Source: Blastocystis sp. Blastoise
Taxonomy: Eukaryota; Protista; Bigyra: Opalinata
Assembly: GCA_039096225.1 (NCBI GenBank)
Contig: JBBPEB010000004.1
Coordinates: 496,001-560,000 of the forward strand
Length of the DNA: 64,000 bases
Direction of reading: 5' to 3'
The position numbers were made by a program, and so were the translations under genes. How positions within the stretch are numbered: the stretch's first letter is position 1; each line of letters starts with the position of its first letter. Shown piece by piece: positions 51,601 to 64,000 of the stretch. The notes below the pieces were generated by a model. The model was not told the origin of the DNA. It did not search any database and saw only the letters and a list, made by a program, of their open reading frames with translations.

Positions 51601-54425
51601 ATGATATGAATGATAATCCATTTGAATGTATACCTCCTCCTCCTCCACCTCCTCCTCCATCTACTAGTACTGATAATATTATTAATAATAATAATATTGA
51701 CGATAATAATAATATTAATAATAATAATAATATTGACGATAATAATAATAGTAATAATAATATTAACGATAATAATAATAATACCATTCCTCTTCCTCCA
51801 CCTCCTGCTACTAATAAAACAATTAATAATAATTCTAATGATTCACAATTATTATCGAATGATTCTACTTCAATAGATACTAATAATTCTACATCTTTAT
51901 CTTCATCACAAGTTGATAATATACCTAATAGTAATATACATAATAATATATTATTATCTTCGTCTTCTGTATATTCACAATCATCAATAAATAGTTCTGT
52001 AGAAACAGGACAACAGATCAAAGAAGAAGAAATAGTTCTTAAAAAGTCAGTTTCTGAAAGAGAAGAAAAGAAAAAACATCGTAAACATCATCATAATGAA
52101 AAAGAAGATATTACTATTTCTAAAGAAAACGATATTCCATTAGCTTCTCCTACTACTCCTATTGACAATAGTAAATCTTCTATAAAAGAAGAGAAGAAAG
52201 AAAAGAAAGTTAAAAAATTGAAATTTAATTCTAAAAAAGCTCCTAAAGAAGTAAAAGTATCTAAAGTTGAATATAATATGAATGATTTATTAGAAACAAT
52301 AGGACCACAAGAATTAATGGGTGTAGATTTATCTGCTTCATTCTTAAGTAATATTAATGAAGATGGTGCATTTACTGAATATCAAAATGAACAAAAGAAA
52401 ATACTATTAGAAAAAGAAAAAAAGAAAATAGAAGAAGAACAAAAGAAACGAGAAGAAGAAAAAAAGAAACGAGAATCATTACCTAATTCACATGAATCTA
52501 TTGCTTCTACATCTCATCATACAGTCTCTTCATTAGTATCATCTTATAATAATGAACAATCTTCAAATACATCATTACGTGATTCTTTAAATAGTAGGCA
52601 TTCAACAAATTCAATTCATAGTAATTATCAAGAATCACAAAATATCAATTATTATACAAATCCCATACCTATTCCTTCTCAAGAAATAATATCAGATACA
52701 CTTTCTACTACTTCATCTCATAGTATCACTCATCAATCATCATCAAATCATTCTACTATTCCTGCTGCAATTCCTATTCAACCACAAGGTATACCTATTC
52801 AACAACAAGGTGTGTCTATACAACAACAAGCAATACCGATTCAACCACAAGGTATTCCCATACAATCTAATCCTATTCAACAAACAATACCTATTGGCAT
52901 ATCAACAAATAATCCTATTCAACAAACGATACCTATTGGTATATCAACAAATAATCCTATCCAATCTACATTATCTTCTAAGTTACCTCAAAGAAATTCT
53001 ATTTCAAATCAAACAATTTCAAATACTAATAATCAATCTAATTCTTATAATAATCATATTCCTTTAGCTGTTCCACTTACTACTACTTCTTCTTCTACTA
53101 CTAATAATACATCATCTTCAATATATCATAAATCAACAGGAAGTATGCAAGCTATACCTGTACAAACGATGAATTCTCATATGACTTCTTTATCATCAAA
53201 TCAAATTCCTAAAGAATCAATATCTACTGCTATTCCTATTCATTCTCATGAAGGATCTTTTGAAATCAATACTATTCAAAATCAAAATTATATGAGTGAT
53301 ACAAATTCATTAAAGAGATTATCTATTGAAAAACCTTCTTCCTCTTCAATAGAATATGGTATTCCAATTCAACCACAATCAACAACAACAACAAAAAGAC
53401 CTCTTCCTACTACTATTCCTTCTATTCCTGTATTTATTAATAATAATACTATTAATCCTCATGAATATCAACAAAATACATATATAAATAATCCTATGTC
53501 TTCTCCTCCACCTATGTATTCAAATAGCCAATCAAATAATGAATATTCCTCTTATAATAATAATATTCCTGCTCAACCTTATTCATCTTCAACTATACCT
53601 TCTATTCCTTCATATACATCATCAATCAATAGAAATCAAATTCAATCAACATCAAATAATAATTCTAATTATATGTCTTATTATCAAACATCGTCTACTA
53701 TGACTAATCCTCCTTATAATCAACACTATTCTACAGGAAATACAACTATGAATCCACAATATACTACTAATCTATCTCAACCTAATTATTCTAATCAATC
53801 AAATAATACTATTAATATGAATATTGTCAATCCATATGGAAATGATAATTCAAATTATTCTGGAATATCTTTACAAAATAATATTATTATGAATGCTACT
53901 ATTCCTGTAGACCGCTCTTTTTTTGATAATATATCATATCAAGTATTATATATATATATATATATATATTACTTTTTGTTTTTCATACTTTAATATTTCT
54001 CTTTTCTTTTTTATAGTGATATATATGTAATATTTTTTTTTTATTATATGTTTATAGACTATAAATGTTTATATATAGACTCTTTTACAATCAATTCAAG
54101 AAATTCACAACTATTGTGAATCTATTCGTTATTCAAACCCTCAAAATGCACGTGCAGCTCTAACTAAAGCTGTACAATTTGTGGATTGTGTTTGCTATGG
54201 TATATATATAGAATAATATACATTTTAGTTTTTAATAATTTTTATTCTTTTCTTTTCTACAAATTAATAAATTATTATATATGTATCTATTTATTTATAC
54301 ATATCTATTAATATATATATATAGCAACTTGTTATAATACTCAAGAAGAACAGCAATTACTTATTGAACAATCTTCAATGAGAACTTTATATAAAGCGAT
54401 AGGAAAAGAAATGAAACGAAAGTAA
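48695..54425 (+). CDS. Giant Vta1-like protein with very long low-complexity linker
   Basis: 4 exons (one of 4.8 kb). N-terminal helical region resembles Vta1 MIT (PCVGYF, NSIVFCDII..VF, NYIKSQA); C-terminal SIRYSNPQNARAALTKAV resembles the Vta1 VSL motif. The gene is solid; the family call is tentative. Confidence 0.5.
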
Positions 54426-54985
54426 ATTAGTTATAGCTTATCATAATTTTAATTCAATTTTATATATACCTACTTAGTTTATATTTCAAAAACGAAAAAC
54501 AATAATATTTAATAATATATTATTTATATATATATATTGTTGTCTTTGTTATTTATTTTCTTTTTATTTTAAAATTCATTCATTATTTCAAAGTTTGTTT
54601 ATTATATCTAAGTACAACTAATTTGTTTTCCTTATTCATTATTTTGTGTCTGTTTTTATTTTTTTTTACATTTATATATGATGTATATACTCTTGTACTT
54701 ATGATATTTGTTTTTAATTATTTACAACTTTTATTATTTTATTTTTCATTATCTTGTTTATGTGTTTTTAGTAGTATAAAATACATTATTAAATATGTGT
54801 GTTTTTAGTAGTATAAGTTAAACTTATTATTCAATATATGCCTTTGAAATAAAACGTTATTAATTATTGTGTATTAGAGAATGAAAATCATTGTAGAAAA
54901 TAATTATATTTATAAAAACAAACTCTGTAATAGAATGAGACTATAAGAGAACGTATTCTATTTAACTAATTATTAAGCAAAAAAT

Positions 54986-55003
54986 TTAGTTTATGTTTGT
55001 CAT
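54986..55003 (-). pseudogene. Displaced native C-terminus of the fucosidase (MTNIN*)
   Basis: After the duplicated AAA the minus strand reads ATG ACA AAC ATA AAC TAA, completing FYVIK-MTNIN*, like FUCA-family ends. Confidence 0.85.
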
Positions 55004-55006
55004 TTT

Positions 55007-57786
55007 CACTGGTGGGCAGCTTTTTCCCTTTTATACCAGGTTCCCCATAAATTTATACCAAAATTACGAAAAAATCGGTCTTTAATTTTTTTTATACCGA
55101 CGAAAGTAATTTATACCACAAAAATAAAAATAAACTTGGTATAATGTTGTGTAGACACTCATATAAATTCGTTGTTTTATATTTATATATTTATATCTAA
55201 GAAATTGATAGTAAGATGTTTTATTTGTATATTAACTGATAATTTAAGACTTTCTATAACATATTCAAGAAATTATCCACAATATCTAGGACAATCATTT
55301 TTAATTTTGTTCGGCAATTTGCTTAATTGAATTATTCACGTATACTAACGAATTCACAGACTCGAAAGAACATAGAATTGAATATGAATTATGATAAAGT
55401 TGCCATTCTTATGAATGTCAGAAAATTGTCACTGGCGGACCATTTTCTTGTCCAGGGTTAGGGTTAGGGTTTGAGTTCAGTTTAAGACAAAAAAAAGAAA
55501 AAAATCGGTCGAAAAAAAGTCTTTAACTAACAAAAGAAAAAATTGTATAAAAAAAATTATTTTTTTAAAAAATCAAAAATTTATTTTTAAGCTTATCAAG
55601 CTTTGTTGATTGCTTTTCATTTATTTTCGAGCATCAACTATCTCAAGAAGTCTGTGAACCTTTAAATTAGTAAATATTTTATAATTATTTTATATACAAA
55701 TACTTAATCAGTAATTATGTTATCGTTTATTTATTTTTAGAACTTATAGATGTCACCAACAGTTTCAAGCCTTCTCTTTAGTCACGCAGGTCTCTTCAAA
55801 AGTATATAAATATAAAATATAATAATTTTGTCTAATTTCTATTTTATTTATTTAGGTTGTAATTGAATGAGATCATTCAATTTGCTTTAATGGTAGTAAT
55901 GGATGGTTTCAAATCAAAAAAATTTCAAAATAAATTAAAAAGGAGAGAATGGGAGACATTCATTTCCGTATATATTTATTATTATTTATTTTTTTATTTA
56001 TTTTTACTTTATTCACTATCTATATTACTCTAGGGTAGTTATCGAATCTTGAAAAAGTGATTTAATTGAAAGAATTGTTTTTCGTATTTATTATTAGGTA
56101 TTTATAAATTTTTTTATTATTATTAGTTTTGTATTTTTATAATATTCTATTTTCTTATTTTAGATGTAGATTGAATTAAAATATATTGGAGAATATTGTT
56201 TTATATATTTATTTTATTTTAGATTTATTTATTCACTTTTTTATATAGAATTGAATGTATTAAAATTTATATTATTTATTACTCTATATATTTATAAATT
56301 ATTTATTATCATTATTATATATATATTTTTTATATATTCATTCTATTTATTATTTATATAGTATCATTTGATTAATTGAACAATTATATCAAAGTTCATT
56401 ATAGAAAATTATTGTATATATATATATATATATATTATTATATATTATTATATATATATATATATATTATTATATATATATATATTATTATATATATATA
56501 TATTATTAAGAATATTTCTCAATTTTTTCAATATATTTTTAAATTATTAAAATGATTTTGTATTATATATATAGGCATCTAATACTATTTGAATACTGAG
56601 AATTAATCAGCATAAAGATAGAACATAGGTTATTACTACTTGCTTTCATTATAATATGGTATATATATATTATATATTGTAGTATTTATTATATATCTAT
56701 GTCTATAGCAGAATAAAATATTTAGAATTAAAGAAAACAGTTATTATTATATTGATTATGACGAATCTTAAATGATTTATATATATAATTATGTATATAT
56801 ATATTATTATATATATTATTATATATAATGTTTTCTATATACATATATTATTATTATATTGTTTATTATATATATATATATATAGTTTTTCAGTATAATA
56901 GAAACTAGACAATTGAATAAATTCTTATAGGGAAAAATATAGAAAAGTTTATTCCTTTTAATAAAAGGATTTGGAAAATTAGTATATTAATAATTTTGTT
57001 TATATGGATTAATCTCGATTATATATTTATATATATATCTTTATTTATATGCATTTTAATGTTATTATTGTAAAAAAATAGTTATATATATATTATTATA
57101 TTATTATATATAATTATATTATTATTATCTTTATTATTACTATTTTTATTTCATAGATATATATGAATATAGATATAGATAGACTTCTCTCGATTGTAAT
57201 AAGAATGGGTTAGTGTCAAGAGAGTCTCACTATTTATTGCGAGTTCAGTTTATTTGGAATTATATCAAGTTAAACATATTATTATAAAAGTATATATTTA
57301 ATTATAATATTTCCAAATAAATATATTATTATATGTATCTATTATATATAGTTTAGTATCATGAAAAGAAAGTGGTAGAGAAGTTACTATGAACCCTCAA
57401 AAATGTCTTTTCTTTTGGTTAATCTGTTTTATATGGTTTAACATACTATTATGTATATTATTAAATATATATTACTGTTATTACACTTTATATATAACAT
57501 TATATATTACTATATATTATAAATTCATTTTAGCTTTCTCTATCTATAGTTATATATGTATTAAATCAACAAGGAGATATTATATATATGTTTTGAATAT
57601 TGTGCTTCTTATGATGTGAATAAAATATAAAATAAGAATTCGAGATTATTCATATAAGTATATATATTAAAATTACTATGTATTTATTAATTTATATTAT
57701 AATATATATATAGTTAAATATATTTATGATTCTTCTTTAGTAGAGAATCACAGTTTACATAAAGTATATATTATGTATATACAATA

Positions 57787-57828
<42 letters not shown>

Positions 57829-60408
57829 TTTAGCTACTATTCTATATGTATTTGTCTATATTTATTTTTATATAAACATATATAGTGTAAGAATACATTA
57901 TTCTTTCTTGAGTACTCAATGAAATTTATGTTATTTGTTTCTGGTACTACTATCTCTCCTATAGTATATAATGTTATTATTATTATATCATTTTTTATAT
58001 TTATATGTATATATTATTATACATAAAACTATATATATATATACATATATGTTATTATATACGTTTAACAAACAATTTAGAATACTATATCTATTATATC
58101 TATTTATAAATAGATCATTTTTCCCGTGATTCTTCTTATACTTTCACCTTTAGAATTAATATACTTAAGTAGAAAATAAATGCCTTAAAATGAGATTAAT
58201 TACTCTTAATTATTGTATTCTTCAACTAATTAATATATACATATATAATAAAAAGAATAGATAGAAATGAAGACTAATGAAATGAGAGAGTTTTATTTAT
58301 ATCGAGGAATGTGTTGAATGTTTCAGTATATATATATTCATTTATTAATCTTTATTTATATCTATTTATATCTATTTAAATATATTTATATTTATTTATG
58401 TCTATTTATATCTATTTATATTTATTTATATTTATTTATATTTATTTATATTTATTTATATTTATTTATATTTATTTATATTTATTTATATTTATTTATA
58501 TTTATTTATATCTGTTTATATTTATATATATGTTTATATTTATTTATATTTATTTATATATCTATTTATATTTATTTATATCTATTTATATCTATTTATA
58601 TTTATTTATATCTATTTATATTTATTTATATCTATTTAAATATATTTATATAGATTAAATAGATATATAATTATTGTAATTCTTTTCTCTACTACTATTA
58701 CTCTTTCTCTTAATCAGTAGCCTGTTTTAAAAAGATAATATATACAATGGAGAATGAACAATATATACGTATATGTACATATAGGTTATATACATGGATT
58801 ATATATATATAGGTTATATAATAAATGTTATATATATATATAAATCTATCCTAAATTAAAATAATCAACTAGTATTTATTAACTCATTCTTATTATAAGT
58901 AATTATATTATATTGTTGTTTTTATATTTACTTTTTATTATATATATATCTTTTTATTATTATAATATTAATAAATTATTTTATTTATTCTCTTTGTATA
59001 ATATATAATAGTTAATAATCTTTTAGTTTTTATAATCTTTTTTAAATGAAAATAATTGAAAATAAAGCTTGTATATATATATTTATAATATTTTTAGAAA
59101 ATATTTTTATTTATTGAAAATAACCTTAAAACCATTTAATTAAGCTTTTTAAAAGCTAATTTTACACTTATTCATCTCTACAAGTGTATTGCTATTAAAA
59201 GAAAACATAAATATAATAAAATATTTTATCTCAGTATTTGTTAATCAGTTTGATAAAAGTTCGTTATTTGTATATATTTTGACTCAAAACGACTCACTGA
59301 CAATCAATCAACACTACAACGTCAATAAAGCTCATAAGTAAAACAAATATGAAAGTAATTGCCTTCAAGAATGGAAGTTTTTTACACCAGTAACCTTAAA
59401 ACCATTGTCAGAGTACAATTTATATATTTATAAACAACCATATTACACAAGCATTAATATATACATTTTTCTTAACTTCAAAGTGAAGTTTTACTAAAAA
59501 TATTACAGAGTCGAAATAACCCCTGGATTTTAGTACTTTTCTTATATATAAAAAAATTCATACAAATTCATATTCAGGGCCATGCTTATTCTTTTTTCAA
59601 GAAAACACTTACAAAAATCTTTATATTTATTAATATTTATAAAGTTGGTTGTTTTCTTTAAAATGGTATTTTTTTTCATTCCCTATATATCTATTATTCT
59701 ATAGCTTGTATATATAACTCAAATTATTCAAAAATAAGCACAGATTCTCTTCGTGATTATAAATATAGCTTCTTCTATAACGATCAGCTGACCAGAAATA
59801 ACTTGATTTCAAAGGTAACCTCTCTTGTTGTTCTGCTTCAAGGAAATGCGATTCTCCATGAGCTCTTAAACTGTATGTATTTATTTATCCTTTTATTTAT
59901 TACATTTCTATAATTATATTTTTATAGGTTCCTTATATGAGTAGAAAACAAAGTCCCTCGGTCAAAATTAAATAATAGTTTTTTATATTTTACTTTATTT
60001 AATTGTTTATTCTTTTATTTTTTTGTATTTTGTTATTTTTATTGTTTTTTATGCTTAAACAACTAAAATATGTATTAAAAGAAGACAAAGAAATAATGTG
60101 TTTAAAACAGTCTAAAATAATCCTAATGAAAGTCTAAAATGTAAAATAGATGTTGTTATGGACATTTTTATCTTATATATATCAACAGTAAATACAACCA
60201 CTGTCATTATGGAATACCAAAAAAAAACATTAAAAATAAGTCGTAGTCATAAAAAGATACATGGCCCGTCACTATAGGAATACAAAACCCACCATAAGTT
60301 TATACCAGGAAAAGTCCTGTATATACCAGAAAATCACTTTTTTTATACCAAAAAACAGCTAGGGTGCATACCAGAATTTTCACGATTTTAAAAAGCTGCC
60401 CACCAGTG
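55007..60408. mobile_element. CACTA/EnSpm (CMC)-like DNA transposon, 5402 bp, probably non-autonomous
   Basis: Perfect 19-bp TIRs CACTGGTGGGCAGCTTTTT (55007-55025 and 60390-60408), TTT TSD (55004-55006 and 60409-60411), clustered subterminal TATACCA motifs at both ends. Confidence 0.9.
55741..58770 (+). pseudogene. Decayed multi-exon gene inside the element (transposase candidate, unproven)
   Basis: Host-style GT-AG exon/intron alternation; the frame carries across the first junctions but has many in-frame stops. Confidence 0.55.
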
Positions 60409-60867
60409 TTTAATAACATAAAATTCTTGACAAGGAATTTGCTTAACATTAAGATGAGGAAGAGAAACAATGATCTTTTCTCCATCTTGTTTATATTCAA
60501 CAGGTTTATCAGATCCCATTAAAGACATTTTTGTATTTTCAGTGAGTTGAGGAGAAGAAAGAGTAACAGTATTATCTTCAGGCCATTCAGTAAGAATAGC
60601 ATAAACAGCACTTAAATCCTTACGTTCAGTGAAATATACTTTCTTATCTTCATCTTGAACTCTCCAAGGAATACTCTTATAAATAGCTTCACCATTGACT
60701 TTCATCCAATCACCAAGTTGTATTAAACGTTCTTGCATCAATGGCATTATACGACCATCAGCAGTAGGTCCAATGTTTAGTAACTATAATTAAATATGTT
60801 TTAAAAACTATTATATATATATATGAAAGATTTCTTAAGATGTATTTTAGTATATAATAATAATAAT

Positions 60868-60898
<31 letters not shown>

Positions 60899-62139
60899 GT
60901 TAATAATAATAATAATATATACAAGATTACCACCATAAGCAACAGTAGGAATAAAAGTAGATAATAATTCTCGAAGTGAAAAATATTTATCTACATAGAA
61001 ATCTTCAGTTCTATCATATCCCCAACAGTCCTTTTGAATAGTCATAGCACTTTCCCATTTATGAGGTAATAAATGACCCGGTTCATAACGATCGGGACCA
61101 CTATAAAATCCACCATGTTTTTCACTACAATCAGCACCCCAACGATCATTTACAACTACTGTATCTTTTACAGGTGATTCATTATATATATATATATATA
61201 TAGAATGAAATATAAATATAATAGTAATTAGTATATATTTATAATAACCATAATAATATATATATATAATAATAAACATAACCATAAACATAAATGTAAG
61301 CATAATAAATATAATATACAGCCAAGCTAATAATTCTGGTGATTTCCAATAACTATCTAAAGCTTCCCAACCACCATCAGCCCATAAAACATCAGGTTTA
61401 TATTTATTGACTAATTCTTTAACCATGGGAATATAATGTTTATCAACATATTCTTGAGTTTGAAATCCATTATCTTTATCTTATAAATATAAAGGATTAA
61501 ACCATTCAAATAAACTATGATAAGCCCAAAAGTCATATTATGTCTTCGAACAGCATCAGCTAGTTCTCCAAGAAGATCTCTATGAGGACCAATATCTTGA
61601 GAATTCCAATTCCATGAATATTTACTTGGCCACAAAGTAAAACCTTCATGATGTTTTGAAGTTAAAACAACATATTTTGCACCTATATTTATCGAAAAAT
61701 ATATATATATAACAAGATAGAGAAGAATACAAGAATATACCAGACTTTTCAAATACATCAGCCCAATGATCAGGATCGTACATCTCAGCTGTAAATTGAT
61801 TAGCAAGATCTTGGAATTTTACTTTTTCTCCATATGTTTTTTTATAGAAATCAACAAATTCTTGTTCTCCATCAACTAAACGTCTCCTATACATATTTAA
61901 ATAATAAATTACATATAAAAATAACATTTCAATCAATCAAGAAAATAATCAACAAGAAAAAATAAAACTTACCAGTACCATTCACTCTTGAATGCAGGAA
62001 CAGAAAATACACTCCAATGAATGAAAATACCTAATTTAGCTTCATCAAACCAGGAAGGAAGAGGACGACTATCAACAGATTCCCAAGTGGGATCATAAGC
62101 AAGAGCTAATACAGCGAACAACAGAAACACAAATTTCAT
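60388..62139 (-). CDS. FUCA: Alpha-L-fucosidase GH29, C-terminus altered by the transposon
   Basis: Signal peptide, [50 protein letters not shown] nucleophile motif, [31 protein letters not shown]. Confidence 0.97.
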
Positions 62140-63100
62140 TGTTTATTTTTTAGAACAAAACAAAAAAATATATATATTTATGTTCCACAACAAAAAAGAA
62201 ATGTGGCTTTGAAACAGAATTAACGATAGTTTATCTATCCTACCTAATCCAAATCTATCTTTTCATATTATTGGAGTAACTAATAAATTTAACAAATCAT
62301 TTCAGAGATATTCATATAGATTCTATACTCCTTTTTATATGGATCTCAATAAAGATCTATGGCTATTTCCAATGGAAATAGCCAATAAAACCTATAGGCT
62401 TATCTTTATGAATGATCGAAACACAAAAATATTTGGATGTGTCAGAGAGGTTGTCATGAAGAAATCGCTTAAATCATACAGCTTATGTTTGATGACGAGT
62501 TATAGGGATACAGAGATACCCTAAGATTATTAACCATAGAATAATAATTGAATCGCTAAAAAACAGGAAAAAAAAATGTGATTAGAAAAATTAAATGTTT
62601 TTGATGGAAATAGTGAGTTCATTTAGAAAGCAAAATATCATAATAATAAGCAACTTTAAAACAATAAATCAAATAAATAAAATTAATAAAGTAGTGATTC
62701 TTCGAAGTGTTATGTCTGCGTTGATATTTAGAGCATCTCTAATCATACAGAATCACAATTTTAAAACTATTCTTTAATGTAAGTAAATTTATTCATGACA
62801 TAAATATATATTCCTATCTCTTCATTATTTCGTGTGATACTTCATAGATGATCAGGACATAGCTCAACGATCTTTGTATGAGCACATAACAACATAAAAA
62901 GAGTAAAAAGACTGTGTTTCATAGATAATTTTTAAAACAAATGATGCGTAAGACGAATAACCGTGGAAAAATGAATAGTTCTCCATAAGAATCGTAATAA
63001 TCATGATAAGTCGATAAATTCGTTTTTGATGTATCGAATTTTTTTTTTAAATGAGATGAAGAATCCTTCATTTATTTTTTGTTTTGATCCTATTAATATT

Positions 63101-64000
63101 ATGGATAACTGGTCAGTTGAGCAACAAGAGGCTTTGGATAATGCAATGAGATCATATCCGTCAACGATGGAAAGACGTGAGCGTTGGAAATGTATTTCGA
63201 AGGCAGTCCCAGGGAAAAGTGTTAGAGAATGTATGAGCCGAGCTAAATATTTAAGTGAATTAGCTCAAAAGGGTGTGACTAGTGCTGAAACATCGAAAGA
63301 GGAAGATGGTGTGTCTAACGAAAAGAAGAAAGCAATTGATTTCTTAAAGCCTTATTTGGGAACGGTTGATAAGTCTGTAAAAGAGTATGATGTATACTAT
63401 ATTTATGAATGTCTATATCATGTTGAAAAACTTGAGAAAATAACATTTTTTTTCTAGTTACATAATTCGTGTCATGAACGATTTTAAGAATTATAATGAG
63501 GTTTTAACAATTGAATCTTTGGCTAAAATTTTAGGTATTATTTAGATGTTTTTATTTTGTTTATAAATATATATATATATATTTATTTAGTTGTTTATCT
63601 TTTGTTAATAAATATATATATATATATATATATATTTAGATCCACTTTTTGATATGGTTAATGAAAATGACAACAAAAAGCGTAATGAGATTTTAACAAA
63701 TATTCTAGAAGTTGTGAATAATGATATTAAAAGTATATATAGTAATAGCTTATAAAACTGAATTGAAAATAAATAATCAGAAAAAATAATAATTTTTATT
63801 ATGATATCAATAATGTTTATATATATGTATATATATATAGATCATAAAGTAGTAGATACAGTTAAAGTATTGTCAGAAGGAATATCTCTGAATGAAGGAG
63901 ATATTTCCCGTGGGAAAAAAGAAGAACAAGAAAAAACTATTGATAGTATATATATATATTAATATTATAAATAATTTATATATAGTTGATACTGATGCTA
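63101..64000 (+). CDS. 3'-partial protein with N-terminal SANT/Myb domain (DNAJC2-type)
   Basis: WSVEQQEALDNAMRSYP...ERWKCISKAVPGKSVRECMSR; continues through GT-AG introns past the window end. Confidence 0.75.

Noticed and set aside
55007-55025. Transib/RAG-like or Chapaev assignment from the CAC terminus
   Set aside because: The TSD is 3 bp, not 5 or 4, and the subterminal repeat arrays fit CACTA/EnSpm better.
59700-59980. Second spliced ORF fragment near the right end of the element (TnpA-like?)
   Set aside because: Splice-like sites are visible, but the fragment is short, interrupted and has no recognisable homology.

Overview
Very AT-rich, gene-dense eukaryotic DNA with about 20 protein-coding genes, which I reassembled by hand across roughly 150 short introns (count approximate). 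The genes are an LRR-like protein, SDA1, a small membrane protein, an ArfGAP, ARMC6, a CDPK, a copine, a WAPL-like protein, DDI1, a CBS protein, HOP2, a LicD-like transferase, an NDUFAF7-like methyltransferase, HINT, an EDR2_C protein, TRAP-beta, a SET + tandem CHHC zinc-finger protein, a giant Vta1-like protein, a GH29 fucosidase and a SANT protein. Gene content and AT-AC introns suggest a Blastocystis-like stramenopile; this is inference only. Four things stand out. (1) Splicing is unusual: most introns read GTATATA...TATATAG, some are pure (TA)n, four are clear U12 AT-AC introns, and four GT introns appear to need non-AG acceptors (AT, CG, TG/AT) to restore conserved protein sequence. (2) A SET methyltransferase is fused to two GTSF1/U11-48K-type CHHC fingers. 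(3) A 5.4-kb CACTG-ended transposon with 19-bp perfect TIRs and a 3-bp TSD sits in the last codons of the fucosidase; the displaced native C-terminus lies on the far side. (4) The element's internal spliced gene keeps its frame but carries many transition-type stop codons. Exon joins and family calls come from my reading and remembered family motifs, not database searches.
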